The position numbers and the translations under genes were made by a program. From contig OX597826.1 in NCBI GenBank assembly GCA_951406725.2, forward strand, positions 43,090,001 to 43,154,000: DNA of 64,000 nt, given 5' to 3'. Positions 13,743 through 26,816 of the stretch are shown in pieces. Within the stretch, counting starts at the first letter, position 1. Each line of letters opens with the position of its first letter. The stretch is from Octopus vulgaris (taxonomy: Eukaryota). The notes beneath the pieces are model-generated. The model searched no databases. It was not told the DNA's origin and saw only the letters and a list, made by a program, of their open reading frames with translations.

Positions 13743-13860
13743 GCCCTTAAGTGGAGATACAATATTCTATAGCAGAAATACAATATTCTACTGTACAGAT
13801 ACTCTACCCTGTAGCAGAGATGCAATATCCACAAGCAGGTGTGCAATATCTAATAGTTGG
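12940..13860. repeat. Degenerate minisatellite built on tagYagagatacaata
   Basis: Motif (a)tagtagagatacaatat recurs with 20-30 bp spacing over about 900 bp. Confidence 0.75.
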
Positions 13861-14159
13861 GTACCTCCAGCTATAAATTAGATTGAAATAAGCAACACTG
13901 CTTGCAATATTTCCTTTCAAAACTAATTATGCAGTGAGTCAATGAAAGAACTTTTATGTGATTACTGGCCCTGCTGGAAATAGCAGTTAAGTCTGTAAAG
14001 TTACTGTAATGATTAAAAAAAAAAAAAAAAAAAGATACTTTAGACACTCCTGGCTATACAAAAAAGATAGGATGGTAACAGCTGGAACATTCTAGATATA
14101 TATCTGCTTGATCAAGCTTGACCTAGGGGCTAAAAAAAAAAAATTATACAAGATATGTA

Positions 14160-14220
<61 letters not shown>

Positions 14221-14249
14221 GTGTACATGTTTAAATAAAAGTGTTGACA

Positions 14250-14474
14250 TGGTTATGTGCAGATGAGCATGGATGTAAGCAAATTTATATATTGAAAGAC
14301 TGAAGTATTTTTCTTGCACAACTGATGGTGCAATGCAAAGCACAAGAAAGTAATAATGGCAAGCTTTCAGCAAGCAGCAAGTAATAACTGTGATAATGGT
14401 AAAATTCCCAGTTAAATTTCCTTCATTTCCTTTACTCTTCATTCATACAGCTTTCAGTGGCAGTAACAAAATAC
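14250..14474 (-). pseudogene. Dynein-like exon remnant, start of AAA5
   Basis: Acceptor ttcttcag; ILLLPLKAV*MKSKGNEGNLTGNFTII...LCIAPSVVQEKY resembles W...GLP.D..S.EN.II...PL.IDPQ.QA..W. Confidence 0.45.
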
Positions 14475-15229
14475 CTGAAGAATTTTTCTTTTTAATTTCA
14501 TGTCTTTGGTCAGGTTTCATGAAAACAAAGTCTTTGGTACTAACCCAAACCCAGTAACTGCATTCAATTCAAGTACCAGACTAGTTTCATTTTTTTTTTT
14601 TTTTTTTTCTTCTTTATTATTTCATTATCAGACTTCTGTGTCTAACAGAAATAATACTTAGGCAAAAAAAATAAAAATAAAATAAAAATAAATAAAAAAT
14701 ATTTCATCTTGGTCTAAAATTTAATTAAGAAAAAAAAAATCTCATAAGTTATGAGGAGAACAGAAAAAACATCACTAAAACTAGCTGAAATTTGTCTCAA
14801 ATTTGATTGTCTGTCACAAGTTTTGAAGTTTACTTGTTGCACGAATTAGGTAAAAAAAAAAAAAGTAAGCTCATGGCATGGTAGTGTAGCTAAGAAGTTA
14901 ACTTTCCAATCATGTTGTTCAAAAGCTTGTCTCCCAACCACCTGGTTTTTGTGTTCATTTCCATTACACACCACTTTGGGACAAGTATTTTCTACTGTAG
15001 ATCTCAAAGCTATAGGTGACCAAAGCTTTGTTAGTGAATTTGGTAGATAGAAACCGAAAGAAGCCGTGTGTGTGTGTGTGTGTGTGTATAGACAGAGTAA
15101 TCAAAATGCTAAAGGATTAAGAATCTCTCTCTCCCTCCATCAACTCGAATCTTGAGGGCCCTGTAAAGGGTCTTGGACATGGCCTTCCCTCCAGACTAAG
15201 AAGTATAAAAATATTAGACATCTCTGCAT

Positions 15230-15266
<37 letters not shown>

Positions 15267-16346
15267 TGTATATACATTTATTCATATGTAGAGTTATGGA
15301 TACATGCATAGATGAGTATTTACCTACATGTATAGGAAATTGCATATATATATATGGAAATAGTTGCATTGATATTGTTGTGTGTATGTATGTTTGTGTG
15401 TGCAGATGTATGTATGTATAGATAGATATATGCTAACATATTGGACTTCCATTTATTTTGTAATTTTCCAAGTTCTGGTCCATCAGGGAAAAAAATATGA
15501 AAATATAATTACCATGATCAAATTAAATAAAAAAAAAAATTCTCTTTTTTTGTTTCATTTTCAGTAGAGAGAGATTAAATCTTAAGTAAATAAGGTTTAC
15601 TTAAGTACCTTATTGATTAAAAAGGGGACAATTTTCTGTGAGATTAAAATATATCCTGCAAAGGTGTGATTAAGAAATAATGTAAATAAGGAAAAGTTTA
15701 TAATATTTTGTTGACAAAAAGATTAATATAGGTGCAGTGATAGCTGTGTGGTTAAGAAGCTTGTTTGGCATGGAGTCAGATGAGGTGTTCAAATCCACCG
15801 TTGGCCTGTGATTTCTGTTATGGCCTTGGGTTGATCAATCCGTTCTGTGTGAATATTTGTAGATAGAAATTATTTACAAGTCCTTCACACACACACATGT
15901 GTATATCTGTGTTGATACTTGACAACTAGTGTTGGTTTGTTAAAACCCTTTTAACTTGGCGAGCACGCCGGGCGACATGCTTAGCAGTATTTCGTCTGTC
16001 TTTACGTTCTGAGCTCAAATTCCGCCGAGGTCGACTTTGCTTTTCATCCTTTCGGGGTCGATTAAATAAGTACCAGTTACACACTGGGGTCGATATAATC
16101 GACTTAATCAGTTTGTCCCCTCTGTGTGTAGCCCCTTGTGGGTAATAAAGAAATAGGTATGTTGAAAAGATACAGACAAAATAAAAACCCTGCTTCAAAT
16201 CGATGCTCCCGCATGGCCACAGTCCGCTAACTATAATAAATAAAAGAACCACATTTATTTATCTGCCCTCCTCTCTCTCACTACGTACGTACATACATAC
16301 ATACATACATACATACATACGTACATACATACATACATACGTACAT

Positions 16347-16379
<33 letters not shown>

Positions 16380-17209
16380 TACATACAGACACTTAAGCAG
16401 ACACACCGCCATTATTTCTCTTAAGCAATTCATCTTCGCCCTTGGTAAAGTAGACAATTATGATAAATATTGGCTGCTTTGACAACTTGAAAGGAACCTA
16501 GCTATATTAGTTACAGTTGCCACTTCTGTTGGATAGTTTTCTCTCTTGGTTCAGTAAGCTATTTCACTTGTAATAATAATAATAATAATCATAAGAATAA
16601 GACGGCGATGACGACGGGTATGCTTCAATAAATATGGAAAGACATATTAACAATAACAACACAATAAAACTAGACCCCCCGATGTTTGTGTGTTAAAGAA
16701 TTTATTAGCGGCTGGCTTTACAGGTATCATCGTCGTCTTAGCTAAAACCAGTTGTCATATATATATATATATGCAAGTGAAACCTATGTCTATTTAAAAT
16801 CTCATCAAAATTTTAAGAGGCAACACCCCCCCGCCTTTCTGGTCTATTTTTTTTCTTCTTCTTTTATTCGAAAACATATATAATAAGTTCAGGTGGCACC
16901 ATACCATTGAAGAAAAATTAAGCCGGTTATGATTGGTAACAAAAAGCAAAGCTTCAGAAACATGAATTTGAATATATATATTATTTCTTTACGTTCTTTT
17001 TTGTTTTTGTTTTTTTTCTAAAAGTAGGACATTCCACGATTTCTTGAACTCGGTATTTAATTGTTTTTTTAAGGTTGGATGATATCTCTTAACGCTAGCT
17101 AATAGGATTAATTAATACATCTATAGCTAACGTTCTTTGTATCTATTTTTCTATTATCTGTCTGTCTTATCTATTTTCTAACTGGGTGAATTCAATGGTA
17201 GAGTTGTGT

Positions 17210-17324
17210 ACAGTACATTTACATAGTGGTTCCTACATCACGTTTTAAGCAAATACAGTGAAAACTTTACTTCACTAGTGAGCCCAGAATAAGGTGGAAA
17301 CATGACTAGTGTTGTCCTCTATAA
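17210..17324 (-). pseudogene. Dynein-like exon remnant, end of stalk
   Basis: Acceptor ttctttttggcag; PYSGLTSEVKFSLYLLKT*C resembles SYLGPFTSEYR..L...W...C. Confidence 0.45.
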
Positions 17325-17354
17325 CTGCCAAAAAGAAAAAAAGACAAACCATCA

Positions 17355-17741
17355 ACTCTTTACTCTTTTACTTGTTTCAGTCATTTGACTGCAGCCATGC
17401 TGGAGCACTGCCTTTAGTTGAGCAAATCGACCCTAGGACTTATTCTTTGTAAGCCTAGTACTTATTCTATCGGTCTCTTTTGCTGAACCGCTAAGTTAAG
17501 GGGACGTAAACACATCAGCATCGGTTGTCAAGCGATGTTGGGGGGGACAAACACAGACACACAAACACACACACACACATATACGATGGGCTTTTTTCAG
17601 TTTCCTTCTACCAAATCCACTCACATGGCTTTGGTCGGCCTGAAGCTATAGTAGAAGACACTTGCCCAAGGTGCCACGCAGTGGGACTGAACCTTGAACT
17701 ATGTGGTTGGTAAGCAAGCTACTTACCACACAGCCACTCCT
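17355..17741 (-). mobile_element. tRNA-derived SINE family A (CORE-like accttgggcaagt)
   Basis: About 390 bp; head ggagtggctgtgtggtaag, B box ggttcagtccc, tail gaaacaagtaaaagag. Other minus copies at 25744-26144, 33943-34336 and 63263-63460 (partial). Confidence 0.9.
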
Positions 17742-18196
17742 ACTCCTCTAATATAGTTTCCTTTCCTCTTCACATATTTGTTTCCAGTTATACAATATAC
17801 GGTTAATACAAACTTTTTAATATTTGAATCAGTAGACTTTTGCAACACTACTGTATTAAGAAACTATTAAAACCAATTTAAATGAATACCTCGGGAAAAT
17901 CCATCAGTGATTAAAATATTCAGTTTTATATAGTAACAACAAACTGCAAGTAATTAACAATTAAAAGGTATTAATTGAATAAAATACATATTACTCTTTA
18001 ATTATTTAGTTAAATAACAAAATACACATACAGTTATCATCCTCATTATTGTTTCAACGTCTACTTTTCCAGGTTTTCATTGTCATAATTGGCTTCTAAA
18101 ATATTTAATGTAAAGTACTATTAAAAATCAAATGGTAAGATTAACTGATAGGGTCAAATGCTTTGACTGATTGCTAAGATATTCGATCTTTAACAT

Positions 18197-18632
18197 TTAA
18201 CCCTATAGCATTCAGATTATTCTGTCAAATGTCATGCTTAATTAATTCACTTTGTTTTGAATTAATCATGCATTTTCACATGGCTTTGAAATATTCAAAA
18301 TAATTTGACTATTTTTGGAGTGCCATTGTCAGGTAGGTGTGAAAAGCCAGATCTGGTTAGGTTTGAGCCAAAACAGTAGAATATTTGGCCCGGATATGGC
18401 AGGTTTGAATGCCAAAGGATTAAACTGGTTATATCTGGCCCAAATATTCTAACAGTTTTAAGTTCAAATCAATCAGATCCAACCTCTCACACCTACCTGA
18501 CAATATCATTCAAAAAATAAGCAATCACATCATGGAAATCTTGAAGCTATGAGATAATACAGGATTAATTCAAAACGATGTGAATAAAGAAGCATTACAA
18601 TTGATGGAGTAATCTAAATATGAAAGGGTTAA
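18197..18632. mobile_element. Two TTAA-MITE copies in inverted orientation
   Basis: TTAAccctatagcattcag... followed immediately by a reverse-complement copy ending gaaagggTTAA. Confidence 0.75.
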
Positions 18633-19848
18633 AACATGATAAATCACTAATATGAGAGAGCAAAAGGGAAGTTAGACTCACTACAAGCCTGGTTTTTCTA
18701 TTTCCTGTCTCAAATTGGTAGCAGTTTATAATAATGTCTTACAACACGTTTATCATTTAGTTTCCATACATTCTATATTTAGTCTTGATCTAAAATAATT
18801 TTGTGGGGGAGGAAGGCTTATAACCCCTACAAAGAAAACATATGGCTGTCAAAACCAAGGGATCATGACTTTGACCTAGTTGGGCATATCATTTAGACTG
18901 GGTGCAGTCAGAGCCCTGATTAGAATGTTTACATAGCTGCAGGCTAGATCCCCTAACGAGAATTTGGAACCCTAAAATTTTTTTCAGAGCAACACCAAAT
19001 ATATATTCTTACAGATATATAGATATAGAATTCACAAAATTCTGTGGTGTAGGTGTGTTATTTTATTTTTCAGGTTCAAATATTATAATTTCATCAATCG
19101 CAGCAGTAGCACCACCAACACCACTTACAATAATAAGCTGTCTACTAAAGGCACATGGTTGGAAAATTTCCAGGGAGGGTGCTACTCAATTACATGAACA
19201 CCAGTGCATAACTGGTATTTATTTGATTGATCCCGGACGGATGAAAGGCAAAGTTGACCTCAGTGGAATTTCAACTTGATGTTGATGAATGTAAAGATGG
19301 ACAAAATGCTGCTTAGCTTTTTGTTTGGCATGCTAATGATTCTGCCAGCTCACCAAATAATGATAATAATAATAATAATAATCTTTTCTACTACAGGCAC
19401 AAGGCTTGAAATTTTTCGGGAAGTGCTCAACTGGTATTTGTTTTATTGATCCCCAAAAAGATGAAAGGCAAAGACAATCTTGGCAGAATGTAAAAGAAAG
19501 ATAGGAGGCAAAGTTGACCTTGACAGAATTTGAACTCAGAATGTAAAGACAGACGAAATGCCACAAAACATTTTGTCCAGTATCACTAAATAATAATAAT
19601 AATAATAATAATAATGGTTTCAAATTTTGAGGAGAAGTAGAGTTAGTTGCTATCATCAATTCCAGAACTTCACTGGTACTTCATTTTATCAACATAAAAA
19701 GAAAGAAAGGCAAAGTCAACTTCAGTAGGATTTGATCTCAGAAAACAAAGTCAAGGTAGAAGACCAGCGATTCTGAAAGGAGATAATTGATTAATATATT
19801 GGGTCTAGATTTTGGCATGAGGCCAGTAATTTCAGGGAAGGGAATAAG

Positions 19849-20076
19849 TTAACCCTTTTGTTACCAACCCGGCTGAAACTGGCTCCGGCTTTGAGTACAA
19901 ATGTCTTGTTTTCACAAGTTTTGAATTAAAATCTTCCACCAAACCTTAGTCACCATTTATGTCCCTAACACTAGCTTAATGATAACTAAGTTATTTTACT
20001 AAATTCTTTCTTATATTTAAAGTAATTGAAAGAAACACAGAGCATCTCAAAATAAATACAATGACAAAAGGGTTAA
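19849..20076. mobile_element. Second TTAA-flanked MITE family, inserted in a SINE remnant
   Basis: TTAAcccttttgttac...gacaaaagggTTAA; fragments recur at about 11590, 21895, 26145, 34340, 42135, 42780 and 52680. Confidence 0.75.
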
Positions 20077-21064
20077 TTACATTGCCCCCAATGCTCAACT
20101 GGCACTTATTTTATCGACCCTGAGAAGATGAAAGGCAAAGTTGACCTCAATAGAATTTGAACTCAGAATGTAGACAGCAACAAAATGCTGCCAAGCATAC
20201 TGACTGGTGGTACTATCAATTCTGCCAGCTTGCCAATTTGGATTGATCAATACATTATAAAAGATAAACCAATGTTTGATTCTGGATCATTTTATGATAA
20301 TCACTTGAACTTGAGTCAATTATGTCTGAGAAGACAGATGATACTTCTTCATGTGCTGTGCTTACAGATGTTGGTGATCTTGGACTTCCATTTCCTCATA
20401 CACTGTCACACAATTTAGCAAGTTATTGGGTCACTCCTTCCGTAGCCAACTGGTGGGTATGATCATTGAGTAATTAATTACACTAGTAGGAGTAAAATAA
20501 TTGAAAGTCTGAAAGTAGTCACAAACTTTAATGTACCAAGATAGTTTTGATGAGTGTGACATGACATATTTTCTTAAATCATATTTTTTTTTACCTCTAA
20601 TTTTTAATAATCTTCATAGCTATTTCAAATCTCTTAAAACTCTCAGAAACATGGGTTTATATTTCTTTTTTTCATTTTCCTATAAGAACATCTTAGCCAA
20701 TGTATGTTTGCTTATGCTTGTTATCTTTATGTGTTACATTATGATGCTGGAAACCTTAAGCAGGAAGATGATAGGTTCTCGCCACCACCAACACTATCAG
20801 CAGAAAAATAAAACAAAATAAAATAAAATAAAATAGAAATAAACATCATAAAATCAAAGAAATTTTATGGCAATTTTAAAAATCTTAAAATAGTTGCAAA
20901 TTCTGTGAGTGAAATTTTATAGAACACCTGAAATGTTTCTTTGACAATTTATTATTATCATTATTACTATTATTATTATTATTATTATTATTTATCAAGA
21001 TTATATAAATACTGAGAGCCAACTTATTTTCTATTGAGCACATAAAATTGGTTTCTGTTATTCT

Positions 21065-21111
<47 letters not shown>

Positions 21112-21647
21112 ATATAAATGATTTCCCTTTGGCTCTATTTAGAATTTTTAACATAGTTTCTTTTTTTCAAATTTATTTTATTAAAGCTTGAAAGACTGTG
21201 CGACACTGAAATACTGCTTATGAATGAGATGACTGAAGAAGTATTTAGTAAAAGTATAGGAATCAGCGGAAATGAGATTTTGAAAGAATCTCGAATGAAG
21301 GGAAAGAAAATGAAAGAATCAAGGAATAACGATAAGGTTTATGAATACAAGAAATATAACTGAGATCCGTTAGAGTTTGCTAAGGAATTATAATATTTTC
21401 TATTTTGTATTTTAAATCCTTGCTCCATAACTCATAACCTATGAAATCAATAAGTGTATGGATCTTTATAAAAGTTTTAGAACTTGTAGCTTTACCAAAC
21501 CAAAATATAATTTGATGTTATTCAAAAGCAAAGAAAGAGACCTCTGGTATTTAAGACAGAACATGTAATTTTTTAAAACCCTTTTAATAAAAACCTGCTG
21601 AAGTCCACCCTAGATATATGACACACGTTACCTGTTTTAAAGAGATC

Positions 21648-21879
21648 TAAATTAATACCAATGCATTGTGAAAGACATTCAAAAACACACAAAAACTATT
21701 AACTTCACTTAAATATTTATTATTTGGTATCGAAATTTTTGTCACACAATCTGTGACCTGGTCACTGACGTGATTCCACTGTGAATAGAATTTGTGTGCA
21801 TTTGAATGGCATATATGTGTCTTCCACACTCAGTGGTTTTAATTTCAATACATAATCACCTGGCTGGCAAGTACATCAC
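21648..21879 (-). pseudogene. Dynein-like exon remnant, stalk
   Basis: Acceptor ttttttaattcag; CVTKISIPNNKYLSEVNSF resembles A...L..L...DI.EVKSF. Confidence 0.4.
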
Positions 21880-23834
21880 CTGAATTAAAAAACCTCCATC
21901 AAAATTCCTCATTGATTTATGTTCTAAACACCAGTTTGCTAGCAACAAAATTATTTTACTAAATATTTTATTATTTTCAAAATTAAATGAAATAAAGGTG
22001 GTGTATTCTAACGGAAACATGGTAACAAAAGGTTAGTAGATAAGTTTAAGGTGGCGAGCTGGCTTAAACGTTAGCGCAACGGGTGAAATGTTTAGCAGTA
22101 TTTCGTCTGCCGTTACGTTCTGAGTTCAAATTTCACCGAGATCGACTTTGCCTTTCATCCTTTCGGGGTCGATTAAATAAGTACCAGTTACGCAATGAGG
22201 TCGATAAAATAAGTACCAGTTACGCACTGGGATCGATAAAATAAATACCAGTTACACACTGGCTCAATATAATCAACTTAATCCGTTTGTCTGTCCTTGT
22301 TTGTCCCCTTTGTGTGTAGCCCCTTGTGGGGAATAAATAAATAAAATAAGTTGAAGCCAGATAATATATTTTATCAAGCGTTGGGGTGGGATGAAACGCC
22401 ACTAAGCCTTTTGTCCAGCATACTAACTGTTCTGGAAGCTAGCCTCCTAAGACATAGAAATCATAAGGGCTTCTAATTTAAGCACAAGGCCAAAGACTCT
22501 GAGTGGAAGGAGATTAGTCTATACTTTCAACCCCAGTATTTAACTGGTTATACATGTCTAATTTACACACAAAGTCAGTAATTTTGGAGAGGAGGGGGGT
22601 TAGCCATTATCACTGACCCCAGAAGGGTGAAAATTAATGTTGACCTTGGTAGCATTTGAACTCAGAACATAAAGAGGTGTAATGAATAATGCAAGGCATT
22701 TTCTTCCAGCACTCTTTGCCAATTCATTATTCTAATAAGGGGGTAAAGACATTATGATAAATTAGGGGTTTATCATACCCCCATCACCCCACACTTTACT
22801 CAGCACTGTAGACTTGGTGGGTTTTGTTCTTTTTTAATATAATTCATTGTTGCTCATAAATAATAAAGTTCCATTCGCTGAACAATGTTGACATGTGACA
22901 TAAATTAGTCATGAACTAAAATCATACTAATTGCATTGAAGCGAAGAAAATAATTAGCTTTCTTCATTAGCACACACACAAACACGCACACACACACATA
23001 CACCCACCTGTGCATACACACATCTAATAAGAAATAATATACAACCAAAAGAAAAATTATTAGTGGCAGAGTAGTTAAGAAGTTTGCTCTGTAACCAATA
23101 GTATAATAGGTTCAATCCCAGTGTGTGTTGTCTTAGGCAAGTGGCTTTACCATAGCCATAGGTATACACACACACACACATATCCACAAGTGTGTGCATA
23201 TGTTATTAGGAAGTTCATTACACAACCTCCTAATTTTAGAGTTGCTCCTATTATGTGGTACTGAGGGCAGGTGTCTTCCATCATAGTATTGGGCTCATCA
23301 ATGGAATTGGTAGATGGAGATTAAAGGAAGTCCAACATCTCTATCTATATTAAAAGACACCAGTGCAACATGCCCCACAATGGGACTGAACTCACAACCA
23401 CATGGTTGAGAAGCAAACTACTTAACCACAGCTAACTACCCACCTACCTAAGCAACTGACTAACACACCTACTCATGTGTGTGGAATTTAAAAAGTAAGG
23501 ACTTTTTCAAAAGTCTTTTGTTTTAAACAAATAAAGGCAAGATACGCTACCAAACATTCATGTGGTTTCTAGATATTTTTGCTACATTAACACAAAGACA
23601 TTAAGAATAAATTATTTAAATAATGAAACCGTAGCTATTAGTAACCAATGTTCTTTTTCGCGTTTCCTAGAAAAGTCTTTTAAATAAAAGATATCTCAAA
23701 AACAAAGAATAAATAAAAGATATTTCATTTGTTGTTGACTGTGTTGTTGACATTTAGAGTGGAGATAAAAAAAAGCCAGAAGTCTTTTGAGAAAAATCAT
23801 AAATAATTCTTTATATTTAATGATAAAAATGTGA

Positions 23835-24128
23835 ACCTACTATTCCAGTATTAATTATATACAAGATAAACTTTATTTTTCTATGTGGCAAACAATAATG
23901 AAGGTGGCAGAACAAATCATTTGACAAAATTGAAGAAAATATCTTTAATTTTATTAATTGAGATTCTTTCACTGAAAAAGGTAGATTGATAAAGTTCTTT
24001 AATGAACTTTTCTGTTTCCTATTGATAATCCTCACACAGTTTGTGTTACATATTTGTACTTTTATTTGCTTGCGAATTCAATGTTTGTTATGATAACAGA
24101 CAATGTGATGACAAGAGCAACTTAGTTC
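23835..24128 (-). pseudogene. Dynein-like exon remnant, end of AAA4
   Basis: Acceptor atttcag; CEDYQ*ETEKFIKEL resembles IDW/Y..WP.EAL..VA. Confidence 0.35.
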
Positions 24129-26460
24129 CTGAAATAAATTGCAGGAAATAAATAAATAAATAAATAAAAACAAATACTATTTGAATTCTTTAATGCCTGC
24201 ACCCAGCTGACATACCTATTATCTTACATACTAGTTGCAAAAGCTATTTGACCACATATATTTTCTAATACATGCAACACACACACATACACACACACTA
24301 TCCTAATTTTATTCAATGTTTACTTTTCTATGTTTGTATGGGTTAGACAAAATTTATTGAAGCAAATTTTTCTATGGACAAATGCCCTTCTTGACACCTG
24401 TTTCCAAGCAAGTAATAATTCCCTTTGGCCAGACATGTTTTTCATGGAAGACTGGAAATGACTAACATTTTTTACTTGACTGTGTCACTCATTTATAACT
24501 ATCACTCAATGTCAAAACAAGGAGTCACACACACACACACACACATACATACACACACACACACACACACAAAGAGAGGCTTCTTTCAGTTTCTATCTAT
24601 TAAATTCACTTAGAAGGCTTTGGTTGGCCTGGGTCTAAAGTAGAAGAAGGACACTTGCCCAAAGTGCTGTGCTGTGAGATTGAACCCAAAACCATGTGGC
24701 TCAGAAGCAAGCATTTCAATCACACTTGCGGTTGAAATTTCTCCTAGTATGCTGTGCCTAGTATGTTGACCTGTGACCAGGTCAACATTAGTATTTTGGT
24801 ACCAGATAATTAAATGGGAATATTTTGGAAGATTGTTATGAAATGAAGTGGATGTGTTTCGGAAGAATTTAGGCAAGAGATTTTCAAATGTGGAAAGAGA
24901 TGGGGGGAGAGAAAGAAAGGAGAGAAAGGAAGAAAGAAGAAAGAAAAGTCAAAATGGTTCGAAAGGAATATTATTTCTACCATTGTTAAGTAATCTGAAG
25001 CAGGCGTTCTATTGAGAGAGAGAGAGAAGCAAGAACAGATGTTGTTTAAGACAGATTCTTGTTGATGTTTTACTTTTGCAAAGTAAGACGAAATCTAGAG
25101 ATTTATGTATTGAAGTAGGTCTAGCCATGACAAAAACAACAGTGAAGAGGGATTAATTACCGAGATCAGTGAGGGATGGTGCAGCGAAACATTTTAAAAT
25201 ATAGCCCGTCTGGTGTGAGAGCAAGATAACTCTGATTGGAGAGAGATTATTTTCTTTTTAACTGCAGGGTTTTATGTTTTTAATGTTCTGCCGGATCTTA
25301 AGACGATATCAGCCAGGAATCCCTATCAACATATTATTTACAATCAGAAGCTTATTATGACTGATGAAGAGAGAAATATATATGTATATATTTATGTGTG
25401 TTTCAGGAAAGAAAATAAAACAAACTATAATCTACATAGAAACAAGTGATGTTGGCTGGAAAGATCTTTTACTTTACTGATATTATGTAATTCAAGTACA
25501 AGAAGATATTTCAACAACTTCCTTACTTGTTGTTGTTCAGTCCCAGTTCAGCCTTGATCTAGAAGATTTATTACTAAGTCAGACCCATCCATGTCTTTTT
25601 GTAAACTTACAGCTACAATATCTAACGTGTTCTTTATTTTCGCATTAAGATAAGTGATAATTTGGCTGCTATTTCTAACAGGCTGAGCAATAGTACACAG
25701 GCAGCTTCTTCAGCTAAGCTTGCCTCATATTTCTGTTGGAATACTCTCTCTTTTACTTGTTTCAGTCATATGACTGCGGCCATGCTGGAGCACCGCCTTT
25801 AGTCGAGCAAATCGACCCCGGGACTTATTCTTTGTAAGCCCAGTACTTATTCTATCGGTCTCTTTTGCCGAACCGCTAAGTGACGGGGACGTAAACACAC
25901 CAGCATCGGTTGTCAAGCAATGCTAGGGGGACAAACACAGACACACAAACATATGCACACACACACACACATATATATATACATATATACGACAGGCTTC
26001 TTTCAGTTTTCGTCTACCAAATCCACTCACAAGGCATTGGTCGGCCCGGGGCTATAGCAGAAGACACTTGCCGAAGATGCCACGCAGTGGGACTGAACCC
26101 GGAACCATGTGGTTGGTAAGCTAGCTACTTACTACACAGCCACTGTCTTTGTTTCAATTAAATTTGAAGGTAATGATGGATTTAGTAAAATACCCATGTC
26201 CTTATTATGTTGGTGTTTGGCATACAAATTAACATGGAAATTTCATGGAAGGTTTTAAAACTGGAAATTTGTATCATGGAATTGGGGTCAGTCCCAGGCA
26301 GGTTGTTATCAAAACAGTTAAGTAGATAGTCAAATAAATACTAATACAATGCAGTCAACACAATAACTTCAATTTATTCAGGCTGTATCTGAATCTAAAA
26401 GAGGCAAACTCAGTTGAACACTGACTAAATCAACCAAACTGAGGCAAAGGAGACAATTTG

Positions 26461-26816
26461 AAATTGTGTTTTTAAACAAGTTGATGCATCAAATTTCCAA
26501 GCAAATAAGTTTGGAAAGAGGCACTATGCTTTAAATAGCCTTATTTTTGGCAGAAACTTGGACAAACCTAACATGTTTCTACCTTATTAGAGCTCATCTA
26601 GATTGTGAACCCTTGTCTGTCGATGGAAAAAAATTAATATTTAAAAAATTGTGTTTTTAAACAAGTTGATGCATCAAATTTCCAAGCAAATAAGTTTGGA
26701 AGGAGGCACTGTGCTTCAAGTAGCCTTATTTTTGGCAGATACTTGGACAAACCTAACATGTTTCTACCTTATTAGAGATTGTCAACCCTTATCTGTCGAT
26801 GGAGAAAAATTAATAT
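26461..26816. repeat. Tandem duplication of about 180 bp unique sequence
   Basis: 26461-26640 and 26647-26816 match apart from scattered substitutions and a ~10-bp indel. Confidence 0.9.
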
